From Escherichia phage ECCR664, in sequence record OL631257.1: a DNA stretch of 64,000 nucleotides; one strand, 5' to 3'. A program made the translations under genes and the position numbers. The notes under the pieces are model-generated. The model was not told the origin of the DNA and searched no databases. It was given only the letters and a program-made list of their open reading frames with translations. Shown here piece after piece: positions 10,418 to 20,569 of the stretch. Numbering within the stretch: the stretch's first letter is position 1; each line of letters begins with the position of its first letter.

Positions 10418-10727
10418 CTAGACGGTCCACCATAGAATTGCATGCTGCCTTATCTTTAGGTTCCGCCACCGAGCATTCTAATATTTGCCATTTTTTATAG
10501 TATCTTTTAATTAAGGTAGACGCCTTGAACCTACTAGACGCCCCATCTTTTTCTCCGTCTTTATACGCATATAACAATTTTTGTGAAAAATCTACTTTAC
10601 ACTCTTGACTTTTACCACAATAATCAGACGCCGTTCTGTTTGTATACTCCGTTACATCAGTATATGTAGTATTAGCAAGAGCGTTAAATGAAACCAAGCC
10701 AACTATTAAAGCTAACATTTTGGTCAT
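10380..10727 (-). CDS. secreted protein with signal peptide, 4 Cys
   Basis: MTKMLALIVGLVSFNALA leader. Confidence 0.45.
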   Translation of the reverse strand: MTKMLALIVGLVSFNALANTTYTDVTEYTNRTASDYCGKSQECKVDFSQKLLYAYKDGEKDGASSRFKASTLIKRYYKKWQILECSVAEPKDKAACNSMVDRLVDSYTRGLAASD

Positions 10728-11266
10728 TCTTTTATTTCCAGTAGTTTATTTGATTTAAGGTAATTAGCCTTTTCTAGGACTTCAGAAGCATATTTACTTC
10801 CAGCACTTGTCTTCCATCCCGCATTATATGAGGATATAGCTTTTCTTATATCCCCGTTATGTATATTTAACCAATAAGAAAATTCGATATAAGCCCATCT
10901 GGCTGAATTAGACCGCTTAGATAGCATTTTCTTAATTTGGGCATCAGTCATATTATAACCAAGCTGGTTAATTCTTGCCCTCATTGTTGGTAGATAGTTT
11001 TGGAACATTCCATACGCATGGTGACCTTTCTTATCTTTAAGATTAATACCTGCGGATGATTCTTGCCATAGTATTGCGGCCATTATGTATCCAAGTCCTT
11101 TCTTATGCATATTTTCATGCGTTTTAAATTTTCCGTCCTTAGAAAACTGTTCCCCAAACTGATAAGCATAATTCAAGTTATCGAGTTGGACATTACTAAA
11201 AGTATGCTCGGAGCTATGTGCTGATAACGAAAGAGCAAATAGACCAGCGAGTAGTGCTTTTCTCAT
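10724..11266 (-). CDS. secreted SLT-family lytic transglycosylase-like protein
   Basis: signal peptide MRKALLAGLFALSLSA; SLT motifs WQESSAG (catalytic E-S), GMFQ, YNAGW. Confidence 0.6.
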   Translation of the reverse strand: MRKALLAGLFALSLSAHSSEHTFSNVQLDNLNYAYQFGEQFSKDGKFKTHENMHKKGLGYIMAAILWQESSAGINLKDKKGHHAYGMFQNYLPTMRARINQLGYNMTDAQIKKMLSKRSNSARWAYIEFSYWLNIHNGDIRKAISSYNAGWKTSAGSKYASEVLEKANYLKSNKLLEIKE

Positions 11267-11274
11267 GTTTACCT

Positions 11275-11731
11275 CTAGATTTTAATCACTGCTTTAGAAG
11301 CTTTTCCTGGTAGTCGTTTACTGTTAATAATAGCCATTCTGCATTGAAGAGTCTTCATTTTGAATGCTGGATTTTCGCGACAGACTGTAAGTCCTAACCA
11401 AAGATTTCCGTCAGTTATTTCTAAACGGCCTGGGCGATATTCGACACCTTCGACAAAATCTTCATCAACATCTGGACGTGCCGGCATTGATAAAAATTCT
11501 GCAACTTCTTTAACATGATTTTTACTTTATGAAATAATTCAAAACGTAATTCTCATCTATTTCTCTCTGGATGGCACGATCTAAGAGATGTTGAGAATAC
11601 TTGATATGAAAGCCTGGTAGTCCAAGAGACTTTGCAGCATCTTTTATACCGGCATTTATTTTGCGGAACTCCGTTTCAAAGATTCGACGGAGTTTATTAC
11701 GGCGGATAAAAACGTCAGAATTGATAGTCAT
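11275..11731 (-). CDS. regB: endoribonuclease RegB (frameshifted)
   Basis: MTINSDVFIRRNKLRR…HLLDRAIQREIDE and …GVEYRPGRLEITDGNLWLG…CRMAIINS…LPGKASKAVIK match T4 RegB in two fragments. Confidence 0.85.
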
Positions 11732-11740
11732 TTTTGATTT

Positions 11741-11790
11741 CTCCTCTAGTTGACAGGTCTATAGTAACACATCTAGAGGAGAAGTAAACT
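11741..11790 (-). promoter_or_regulatory. early promoter motif with flanking inverted repeat CTCCTCTAG/CTAGAGGAG
   Basis: GTTTAC at 11784-11789 (minus); IR arms at ~11741-11749 and ~11771-11779. Confidence 0.5.
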
Positions 11791-11793
11791 ACT

Positions 11794-12009
11794 TTATTGA
11801 TAAAATGGAGTTAAAGCCCAAGATTCTTTAGATACCATATTGGCGAAATGCCTCATCTCTTCGATTTGGCGACGACGCTGGTCAGCATAGTCTTCTTCAC
11901 CTTCTTCCTTACAATCTTCAAGGTCTTCTTCAAGATACTTTAAGTATTCACTACAAATTTTGTTGACCTTTTCTTGAAAGTCCAATAACCCGGTAATAGT
12001 AGAAGCCAT
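11794..12009 (-). CDS. hypothetical acidic protein 71 aa
   Basis: ORF. Confidence 0.35.
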   Translation of the reverse strand: MASTITGLLDFQEKVNKICSEYLKYLEEDLEDCKEEGEEDYADQRRRQIEEMRHFANMVSKESWALTPFYQ

Positions 12010-12276
12010 TAGTATTTTTCCTCAGGTCGAAATACTGCACGACATGCCCACATACTGGCTTCTTTTAGATGTTGCTTAGCATACTTAAGAGCCTGCACTG
12101 CATCCATATCTTCTTTGGTTTGTTGCTCTGATTCATTTTCTTTCAAGATATATGCTTCTTCAATCAGAGCATCAAACATCAATCCAAGACGGACTTCGGC
12201 GTCTTTAATAGCGTTCACTTTACTGATTTTATCATCGGTATGCGGCTTGTAGCCTTTGATGTCTTCAATCGACATA
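12009..12276 (-). CDS. hypothetical protein (likely start MSIEDIKGYK)
   Basis: ORF 12009..12443, upstream part overlaps neighbour. Confidence 0.35.
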
Positions 12277-12489
12277 AGGAATTTCCTCATCGGTGGCAAG
12301 GTCATATTCGACCAATTGGATAGGCTCATTAATACCATATCCACGTACAGTGATATCGGTTGACGGATATTTTCCAGTAATATCACCCGTTCTAAATGCT
12401 TCAATGAATGATTGCTCGCCTGAGCAACTAAACCAGGCGGCAAAACATTTTAAAACATCTTCAGACCCTTCTATAATCAATTTAGCCAT
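12265..12489 (-). CDS. hypothetical protein 74 aa
   Basis: ORF. Confidence 0.35.
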   Translation of the reverse strand: MAKLIIEGSEDVLKCFAAWFSCSGEQSFIEAFRTGDITGKYPSTDITVRGYGINEPIQLVEYDLATDEEIPYVD

Positions 12490-12851
12490 TATAAACTCTC
12501 AGTAAAGGTACGAGCGATAACGTCGCGCTGCTGTTCCGGAGTCAGAGAGTTAAAGCGAACTGCATAACCGGATACACGAATGGTCAGCTGTGGATATTTT
12601 TCCGGATGCTTAACTGCATCTTCCAGAGTTTCACGACGCAGAACGTTAACGTTCAGGTGCTGACCACCTTCAATTTTAACTTTAGGTTGATGTTCAATTT
12701 CAATTTCACGAGCATTCAAACCGTAGAAAATTTCTGGGTCTACAATAGCGTCTTCTTTAAAAGTCTTAGAGACAATAATCCGGGCTTGAGTACCGTCTTC
12801 AAAATAAATAGTGCCTTTATGTTCACCTTCAAGAATTTGATATGCTTTCAT
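12489..12851 (-). CDS. autonomous glycyl radical cofactor (GrcA/YfiD-like; T4 Y06I-type)
   Basis: C-terminal …[25 protein letters not shown]… glycyl-radical signature, near-identical to the C-terminus of E. coli GrcA. Confidence 0.9.
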   Translation of the reverse strand: MKAYQILEGEHKGTIYFEDGTQARIIVSKTFKEDAIVDPEIFYGLNAREIEIEHQPKVKIEGGQHLNVNVLRRETLEDAVKHPEKYPQLTIRVSGYAVRFNSLTPEQQRDVIARTFTESL

Positions 12852-12874
12852 ATAACCTCAATTAGAAAATAAAT

Positions 12875-13165
12875 TTATCCAAGATTTTCTTTAATCAAAA
12901 ATGGGTCGGAATTAAACGCCATTAAACTTTGAGTGATTAATCCCTTAAATGGCCCATCAATAAATTCCATTTTGAAATGCGGAATACTAGTCATCAACCG
13001 TGCATTAGGAGCAGTACAAAGAACCTGCTGACCTGCGAACGGACCTTTAGTCAAACGATATCGTTTAGGTTTAAAATGGTAGATCTCGTAATTTTCTACA
13101 AGAGCCCTTTTATTGCATACTGGACTGTTATAACAATACTCAAAAACTTCAATAGTGGTCATCAT
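12875..13165 (-). CDS. hypothetical protein 96 aa
   Basis: ORF. Confidence 0.35.
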   Translation of the reverse strand: MMTTIEVFEYCYNSPVCNKRALVENYEIYHFKPKRYRLTKGPFAGQQVLCTAPNARLMTSIPHFKMEFIDGPFKGLITQSLMAFNSDPFLIKENLG

Positions 13166-13175
13166 TGCATTCCAA

Positions 13176-13700
13176 TCACAAAAATTGAGGACGAGCAGTA
13201 CCGCCTATGCAATATTTGCTTTTGCAGCAGTGCTGTACTGATTTAATATGGACATTGTAAATCTTATCCATATCAGGAGCTTTAATAGGCTCGTCAATTA
13301 TGTATAGAATACGAGAAAGCGTTAATCCACGGAATTTAGAACCTTCATTGCCAATAAAACTACGGACAGAATCAGTAAATAAACGGAATCGAATATCATC
13401 GCTAGAATAACGAGAAAATTCTTTTTAATGTTGCCAGCAGAAATTTTAGCATAAGCTGAAGTATTAGAAAGAACAATAACTGTTCCATCGTCGTGCAGCC
13501 AATTAGCAGCAAAATTAGTTACTGCAGTGGATTTACCTGATTGTCTGCCACCGTCTAAACGAAGTGTACAGTACTGCTTGAGTATGTCTTCAAATGGTGG
13601 GACATAACCATTCTTACAAATTTCTTCTACTCTAGCATCAGAATGGTGTGTAAAAGCATTCATCAGGGATAGATAAGGTCCAGTTAAAAATGTTTTCATT
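13176..13700 (-). CDS. small P-loop NTPase (terminase-like Walker A), frameshifted
   Basis: Walker A LDGGRQSGKST in ORF 13322..13747; after a -1 shift in an A/T run near 13430 the frame continues through a Walker B-like ILYIIDEP to a stop near 13176. Confidence 0.45.
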
Positions 13701-13971
13701 TTGTTCTCTCTAAGTTTGGGCCATTCCATGGCACATGAATTGTCCATTTCTGTATTTACCCATTACCGCACTTGGGCTCGACCTTATTACAGGTTGGCGG
13801 GAATCCCTCATAGAATCATGAGGTCCAGCTTGTTCCCATGTTATTTGAATGTAAATATTTTTGCCTTAATACTTATACCAGTGTGGCTTCATTAAAATTT
13901 TTTCATCGAGTCATTTTACCTCTCCAAGTAATTATGATTATACTATCACAATTCTAGGAGAAAGTAAACTG

Positions 13972-14274
13972 TTATTTACCTTTAATTACTTTAGCTGCTT
14001 CGATAGCCGCTTGCTGAAGGTCATCCATAGACATACCGAATTTAGAAGCAAAGTTATCAATTTTCTTTTCAACAGCATTCAAAGGCTTGGCCTGTTTACC
14101 TTCATTAGCGCCAGGAAGAGCGAGAATACGCTCTTTGTCAATATAAAGGCTTACAAGTTTCTTACGGTCTTTATCGGACAAATCGTGAAATGAATGGGCC
14201 TTTTTATTTATAGCGGCTTCTAATTTACCTGCACTCACTCGCGCTTCAGTAATAAATTCTTGATATGTTTTCAT
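13972..14274 (-). CDS. ipII: internal protein (IPII-like) with capsid-targeting N-terminus
   Basis: N-terminal MKTYQEFITEARV, 100 aa. Confidence 0.7.
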   Translation of the reverse strand: MKTYQEFITEARVSAGKLEAAINKKAHSFHDLSDKDRKKLVSLYIDKERILALPGANEGKQAKPLNAVEKKIDNFASKFGMSMDDLQQAAIEAAKVIKGK

Positions 14275-14365
14275 TTTTGTTTCCTTGTTTGTTTTGATAG
14301 AGTAATTATACCATATTAATACTTAAGCGTAAACTGTTTAAGCTTTACCATCGCAACCTTTTTCC

Positions 14366-14778
14366 TTAGTAAATTGATTTACCATAGTATTTGTACCAAG
14401 TAGGACGTTGAGCAATTTTTTCATCTAAACGAGCTTGACTTATCGCAATGGACGCTTCGGTCGGGACATAATTATTACGAAATTCGGCAGGGATGTCGGA
14501 AATATCTTGGACAGTCGTGTCCTTGATTTTGAAACCACGTTTCAAGCATTCAGCGATTAGCTCGATTTGACGTAAACGTAAAAATTCGAGTTTGTCGTAA
14601 AGAATGTTACATGACCTGTGCCTAAGATAAATGTCGGGGAGATTTTAAAATCCTTTACACGTTTACCGTTTTGAACATGTTTACGGACTGCACCAAATAT
14701 GCGTGGTAATTCACGATACTCAGCCATAAGATGTTGGTCGGTCAGTTCAGAAACAAGTGTTAAATTGATACGAGTCAT
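14366..14778 (-). CDS. denV: endonuclease V (pyrimidine dimer glycosylase), one frameshift
   Basis: [34 protein letters not shown]…[16 protein letters not shown] matches T4 DenV; C-terminus …[10 protein letters not shown] recovered in shifted frame. Confidence 0.9.
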
Positions 14779-14783
14779 AATTT

Positions 14784-14836
14784 CCTCCAAGTAGTTGATG
14801 AATGTATAGTATCAAAACCCTTGGAGGAAGTAAACA
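14784..14836 (-). promoter_or_regulatory. early promoter motif with inverted repeat CCTCCAAG/CTTGGAGG, upstream of denV
   Basis: GTTTAC at 14830-14835 (minus). Confidence 0.5.
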
Positions 14837-15118
14837 CTATTTTTCTGAAGCGCCTGAAATATATTTTTCAAGACGTTGTTTCATCAGCGAGCCGTTCTTA
14901 GCGATTTCTTCCGGTTTATCACACATACGCAACAAGGCTTCAAGCTTAACGATATCACTGGTGCGCTCAAATTTGCGAGTATCTATCTTACTAGCAAGTT
15001 CAGAAATACGTGCTAATAGACTTTCAGCTTCAACCAAAGCTGCACCTAGCTTAGTTGCAAATGTGTCAGTAGCTTCGTTAAGAATAGATTCTGATAAAAA
15101 TTCACTATATGTTTTCAT
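14837..15118 (-). CDS. internal protein (IPIII-position) with capsid-targeting N-terminus
   Basis: [16 protein letters not shown]… N-terminus; immediately downstream of e. Confidence 0.6.
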   Translation of the reverse strand: MKTYSEFLSESILNEATDTFATKLGAALVEAESLLARISELASKIDTRKFERTSDIVKLEALLRMCDKPEEIAKNGSLMKQRLEKYISGASEK

Positions 15119-15603
15119 ATATACGCTTTCCAAGTTCCTGTTTTAAATGTTGAGATTACGCGTTTCGCGCGATTAGGTGTCTGACGATACCATTTAGATT
15201 GGGCTAGATTTACTGCCGCTTCATCCCAACGTTTCTGTTGAAGCATACGAAGAGAATTAGTAAAACCGGCGACGCCTGCTACTCCCATTTGGAAGACCAT
15301 ATTGACCAATGCACATCGACGAACCGCGTCTAAAGAATCATACACCGGTTTAAGTTTAGCATTACCCAAGATTCCGCGAACGGCTTTATCAACATCTTCA
15401 TTAAATAGCTTTTCAGCCTCATCAAGGGTAATTGTACCGTTACATTTACGGCCGACCATTCTGTCAAGTTCAGCTTTAGCTACGGCTAAAGACGGGTTCT
15501 TTGTTACCAAATGGCCTATGCCAATAGTCCAAAAGCCTTCGGTGTCTTTGTATAAAGACAGTCTAAGACCTTCGTCATTACGAAGCATTTCAAATATATT
15601 CAT
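15115..15603 (-). CDS. e: lysozyme (endolysin)
   Basis: [15 protein letters not shown]…[12 protein letters not shown]…[25 protein letters not shown]… closely matches T4 lysozyme. Confidence 0.95.
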   Translation of the reverse strand: MNIFEMLRNDEGLRLSLYKDTEGFWTIGIGHLVTKNPSLAVAKAELDRMVGRKCNGTITLDEAEKLFNEDVDKAVRGILGNAKLKPVYDSLDAVRRCALVNMVFQMGVAGVAGFTNSLRMLQQKRWDEAAVNLAQSKWYRQTPNRAKRVISTFKTGTWKAYI

Positions 15604-15637
15604 AATACCTCCCACGTTTATAGGAGGTATTTATTAC

Positions 15638-16096
15638 TTATAGGAGGGTAGTGAGCACCTTATATAATGATTTGCCCATTACATATTCCCATTGAGAAGG
15701 TTTAATTAAAGCGAATGCATCAAATTCAGGAATCTGACGTCCGTCTGGGAATGTATGATAGGAATTACAAACACTGTTTCTGAATTGCTCGTGCTCTACA
15801 GGGATGGTATATAGGAACAGATGAATATTCTTATTGTCTGAGTAATGATGTTCACCTAGGTCTTTCAGGAAGGCAGGGTCATATTGTGTAAACCCAGTTT
15901 CTTCTTCGCATTCACGAATAGCGGCTTCAATAGGAGATTCGCCAGGTTCGACACGGCCTTTAGGAATATCCCACCGATGAGCTAAAGAACCTTTAGGACG
16001 AGAACCAGTTACACGTCCCATGAATAATTCTTTATCTTTTGTCATGAAGATAATACCGGCTGATAGTTCTTTCACTTTATTTTTCTTACTCATCAT
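15638..16096 (-). CDS. nudE: Nudix hydrolase
   Basis: Nudix box GRVEPGESPIEAAIRECEEETG; position next to e as in T4. Confidence 0.85.
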   Translation of the reverse strand: MMSKKNKVKELSAGIIFMTKDKELFMGRVTGSRPKGSLAHRWDIPKGRVEPGESPIEAAIRECEEETGFTQYDPAFLKDLGEHHYSDNKNIHLFLYTIPVEHEQFRNSVCNSYHTFPDGRQIPEFDAFALIKPSQWEYVMGKSLYKVLTTLL

Positions 16097-16317
16097 CTCG
16101 GTCCCATGATTTGGCCATTAATTCGGACATAAATTCTTCAATACGCGTTTCTTTAGATGGACTTTCACTATTAGAGACCGCGAGTTTGTAATCTGCAATA
16201 GGACGGAACAAATCAAGGTCCATATTAAGATCGTCTTTGATTTTTCTTCTGACACATCTTTATCATATGTGTACAGATAACTATCACACGATTCTGATTT
16301 AATGTAAATTGCTATAC

Positions 16318-16809
16318 TCATCTCAAATTCCTGCATTCAGTTATAAAACGTTCAACTTCATTATTCTTGGCCTTTATCTTGTCTTTACGTTCCTGTAAAC
16401 TACTTTTAACAAGATTAATAATGATGGCGGCGGTACCGCCGCCAATGATGCCACCAACAACACTTATGATACTAGATGCTAATAAGATAGCAATAATATC
16501 AACAAAACCGAAAGAACTAACCTTAGTACTAAAAAACCATACCGACGGTACAAATATAATCCATCCTGTTATCCATTGGCACTTATTGAAAAACTTTTCA
16601 AGCTCAGCTTGAGTTGTTCGTATTACTTCATCGATAGGTTGATATCCATTAATGTATCTGTTCACGATAATACCTGCTGGCTGGTCGATTTTAAATTCTT
16701 GACAAATACGTTTCACTAAGTAGGATGGACATCCTGTCCAATCCACTGAATAGTACGAAATACCTTCATTGTCATCGTCAATATTAGACCAATATGTTTT
16801 GTTAATCAT
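16318..16809 (-). CDS. membrane protein
   Basis: hydrophobic segment IIAILLASSIISVVGGIIGGGTAAIIINL. Confidence 0.4.
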   Translation of the reverse strand: MINKTYWSNIDDDNEGISYYSVDWTGCPSYLVKRICQEFKIDQPAGIIVNRYINGYQPIDEVIRTTQAELEKFFNKCQWITGWIIFVPSVWFFSTKVSSFGFVDIIAILLASSIISVVGGIIGGGTAAIIINLVKSSLQERKDKIKAKNNEVERFITECRNLR

Positions 16810-17494
16810 TACCAGCCTTCCATAGGGAATTCCAGATAAACTTGGGCATTGACACGAATTTCATTGGTAATCTTTTTAACTCGGTCTGTATTACGAGATA
16901 CACGTCCGAACCAACGCCATCCATTACTAATTGCACGAGAACCAGTGTGCCATGTTTGCCAATCGAACTGAAGAAGAGTACGGTCTGGAGCTTCCCATTT
17001 CTCTAGTTCACCTTTTTCAATTTTTCGAGGACTTCTTTGTGCCATTGGCGATAGATAAGTTCGCCATCAGGAATCTGGCTGAACTCTGCAGTTCCTGTTG
17101 CAAAATGAGTAGGACACACATCAGCGTTAACAAGGCCAAGAATATGTTCAGACAAATAGCGAGGATTGTCATAGTCGGGTTGTCCTGCAGTAATAAAGTG
17201 TTGACCAACCGGAATATCCGGGCGTGGTACATCGTCATGGTGATAACCTGGGATAGCAGGGTACCAACCAGGCATCAGCATGTGGACTCGTGAATCAAAT
17301 ACAACCTGGTCGGTGTTCCAATCATCTGGCAAGTTCATAATGAAGCTGCGAGTAATAGGACCGCCGTTATTATAAGCAAATTCTAAACTACAGTTGAAGA
17401 ACATAGGCTCGTTCTTGATTTTATCATTAGAAATACCGCCGGCAAAACCACCTACTGCACGAGCTTGACTATTAAACACTTTAGAACTATTCAT
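16809..17494 (-). CDS. hypothetical protein (~228 aa), frameshift near 17030
   Basis: ORFs 17003..17494 and 16809..17045 overlap in different frames. Confidence 0.4.
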
Positions 17495-17857
17495 ATTATT
17501 TTCCTCGACATTCTTTAATGAAATTTTCTAGATTGGTAGATTCAATAGCTTTTTACGAGCTTCTGAGTGTTCTTCTTCTGACAATTTACGTTTATAATTG
17601 ACCCAGACATTATGGTCGAAACCAGTCGTGGCATATAATAACAATGCTCCAACGAATAGCAAAAACGGCGATAAGAATACAAAACCAGGAACACCATCCA
17701 TATCGTAAGCCTTTTGTAATACTGCAACAGAAAGAGTTACGTAAAAGGTGATGCAAGTATTGTTAAAAGACCAATTCGGTTGGTTTCTGTTAATTTCATA
17801 ATATTCTCCTCATGTTTTAATAGGACTACTATAATATAGCCCTATCAGTTTGTACAC

Positions 17858-18058
17858 TTATTTTGACATTTCTTCGATGTCACGACGATACCCATCACGA
17901 ACTTCACGAAGAGCTTCAAGGCCACACATAGGCTCGATACCAGTAATGTGAACTTGATTAATCTGATACTCTACATCTTCTAACTGAGCGAAAACATAAC
18001 GACGTTCTGCTGCACAACCAGGTTTAGCTTTACCGAAACGTTTATTCAAAGTAGTCAT
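17858..18058 (-). CDS. hypothetical protein ~66 aa
   Basis: ORF 17858..18076, likely start MTTLNK. Confidence 0.35.
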   Translation of the reverse strand: MTTLNKRFGKAKPGCAAERRYVFAQLEDVEYQINQVHITGIEPMCGLEALREVRDGYRRDIEEMSK

Positions 18059-18138
18059 TTTTATATCTCCATTCACTCATTTGTTTTGATAGGTCTATAG
18101 TATCAACAACTACAGACCTTGTAAACAGTTTTGTGAAA

Positions 18139-19094
18139 TTATTTGAAAGGTTTTACCATATGGAAATTTTGTTTGAAACGTTTTACGTAATCGTCATGTC
18201 CTAAGCTTTGGTACATACTTACTACTTTGCTGTAGTTTTCCCAGGCGTATTCACGGAACCAACCGGAGGTGATGCTTGTGCAGACTTTTTCTAATGCCAT
18301 CATGAAACTGGCTTCAGGGTTAATTTCAAAGTTATTAGGAATCTGAGAACGTTCTAATGCTAGTACACATGATTCTTCGTATACACCGGCCAATTTGACC
18401 ATTTCTGGTAATGATTCGAACTTCTCGCGTGAGGTCATGACTTCAGAACCATCTTTCATGTAAAACGTATAAGCAGGGCGGTCTGTTAGTGCAATGGCTT
18501 CGTGAATAGTATCATGGTCATATGTATAGATGTCATCTTTAAAGAATGCGCTTTTAGAAGTGTCAAGAACCGGGTGAGCATAGTTCAAGGTTTCTTTCTG
18601 GCGTTTCAGCATAATTTCAGTAAGTTCATCGTTCAGTGTAACACCTTTACCACGAAGATACTGAATATGGTTCATAGTCTTTAAAAGAATGGATTATTTT
18701 TCTTGAAACGATGGGACATCTTAATTGCAAGACACATCTCAGGAGTTGCCCAGTAAAACCCGTTCAAACGGTCTTTAGTCAAATTTTTCTTGGCATATTT
18801 TAAAAGGTCATAAGAAGACGTGAAATCTTCAGGAGTGAGTTCACCGACTAATTCACGGACATTAGTGATTGCCGGAACAATATATGCTTCAAAATGAGTT
18901 TCGCGTCCATTATGGAAGCATTTGAAAACTTGGACATCAGGGTTATCTTGGTGGACATATACACCCATCATTTGATTTTTGAATGCATTCCAAGAACCTT
19001 GGTCTGCAATAAAGTCCCAGTCACTATTTTTGATAGCGTTAGAATCAATAAGTCCGTGATAGTGAAGTGCACGAGAACCAATAACTAACATCAT
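18139..19094 (-). CDS. hypothetical protein (~315 aa), frameshift near 18680
   Basis: ORFs 18681..19094 and 18139..18675 adjacent in different frames. Confidence 0.4.
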
Positions 19095-19375
19095 AATATT
19101 TTCCTCGGATTAATTAACTTAAATTTCGCGACATGCGATATTATATTCATCCCAGAGGTCGTCATGTGAAGCCTCTACCAATGGAACGATTGTACCGTTT
19201 ATGTCTTCATTATAAGGACAAATTGTACAGTGCGCATCTTCGAATCGGATGCCTTTGTGTTCAGATTTTTATAACGCATATCGAATATCTTTGCAAACTT
19301 TTCACGAGTAATGGTTTTAGCAACCACTTTAGTTCCGATACTTTCGTAATAAATCATTGTGGACTCCATTTAATT

Positions 19376-19416
19376 TGATAGGACTACTATAACATAGCCC
19401 TATCTTGTTGTAAACT
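19376..19416 (-). promoter_or_regulatory. early promoter motif with GATAGGACTA-type inverted repeat
   Basis: GTTTAC at 19410-19415 (minus). Confidence 0.5.
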
Positions 19417-19419
19417 GTT

Positions 19420-19617
19420 TTAGCAAGAATAACTAGATGATACCCAGCCTTGAACAGTAATACTATTATTTGATACCGAGATTGCGTTCTGGAGATTCAG
19501 ACCTGCGTTATCTTCAATCCATAATGTAACTTCTTCGCGTTCTTCTGTTGCAATTTGGAACAGGTTTTCCAGGGCAGCTACTGCCGTACGTACAGCACAA
19601 TCTAATTCACGAGACAT
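19420..19617 (-). CDS. small protein, paralog family member (C-terminal …GWVSSSYSC)
   Basis: shares C-terminal G-W-V-S-S-S-x-x-C with the two neighbours. Confidence 0.45.
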   Translation of the reverse strand: MSRELDCAVRTAVAALENLFQIATEEREEVTLWIEDNAGLNLQNAISVSNNSITVQGWVSSSYSC

Positions 19618-19622
19618 ATGAT

Positions 19623-19898
19623 TTCCTTAGCAAGTGTGAGAAGATGCAACCCAACCACCAGTTTCGAGGCTCAGGTTATAGTCGTATTGGTAAACGTCGG
19701 CCCATTCAGCATAGCCGTTTTTGTACAACGTTCAAGATCGGCTTTAAGATGTCCTGGCGAATGATAGGTTCCACCCATACCATAAGCTGGATACAAGTCG
19801 AATGTTGTGTTTTGTTTATCAGCAATTTCTTTGGCAGCCTCAATAGCTGCATAGATTTTTGCTACGGCTTCAGCCAGTTCGGTTTGTTCTTTAGACAT
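19623..19898 (-). CDS. small protein, paralog family member (frameshifted; C-terminus …GGWVASSHTC recovered in shifted frame)
   Basis: ORF 19671..19898 plus shifted continuation. Confidence 0.4.
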
Positions 19899-19907
19899 AA
19901 TGATTCC

Positions 19908-20213
19908 TTAGCACAACGCAGAAGACGAAACCCAAGCACCTTCAGTAATAACGTAACCATTACCTTCACGCTTAACATCGCCACCATTATTTTCAATTTC
20001 ATTTTTCATCCATTGGGATACGATTTCACCCTTAGGATAATAAGTACGACCGCTACCATAATCACCTACAGAAAATGATACGGCATATTGGTCTGCGATC
20101 TTTGTTGCTTCTTCTTCGATACGTTCAGCTTGATTCAGAAGTTTATAAATTGCATCTGAAGCGGATTTGGCATCATTAAACTCTGGTACTTTAATTTCAA
20201 TAATCTTACTCAT
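19908..20213 (-). CDS. small protein, paralog family member (C-terminal …GAWVSSSALC)
   Basis: ORF 101 aa. Confidence 0.45.
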   Translation of the reverse strand: MSKIIEIKVPEFNDAKSASDAIYKLLNQAERIEEEATKIADQYAVSFSVGDYGSGRTYYPKGEIVSQWMKNEIENNGGDVKREGNGYVITEGAWVSSSALC

Positions 20214-20569
20214 TTTCTACATTCCTTAATAAAGTTTTCTATTGTTTCATTTTCACGTCTAGCTAGGAGTTCATTATAACTAATCATTTGAGAAGCGTAA
20301 ACCTTTTTATTTTTCTTGTTATGGTTTATAAAATCGTAGTAAAAATAGACTACAGTACAAAAGGATGCGATGGATGCAAAGGCTTGGGTGTACCGTAAGT
20401 CCTGCCATTGGTCTGTGAATCCACCGGTGTTCCCTATAAATCCTAACACAACCCCGTCAATAAGAAATCCAACTAATCCAAAGGCAAATCCCATGCCAAT
20501 ACTCATAATAAAAATTAGAATGTTCTCACCAAGAGACGGCCATACGGTTAAGAGTTGAGGCTTTTGCAT
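20210..20569 (-). CDS. membrane protein
   Basis: hydrophobic helices ILIFIMSIGMGFAFGLVGFLIDGVVLGFIG. Confidence 0.45.
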   Translation of the reverse strand: MQKPQLLTVWPSLGENILIFIMSIGMGFAFGLVGFLIDGVVLGFIGNTGGFTDQWQDLRYTQAFASIASFCTVVYFYYDFINHNKKNKKVYASQMISYNELLARRENETIENFIKECRK

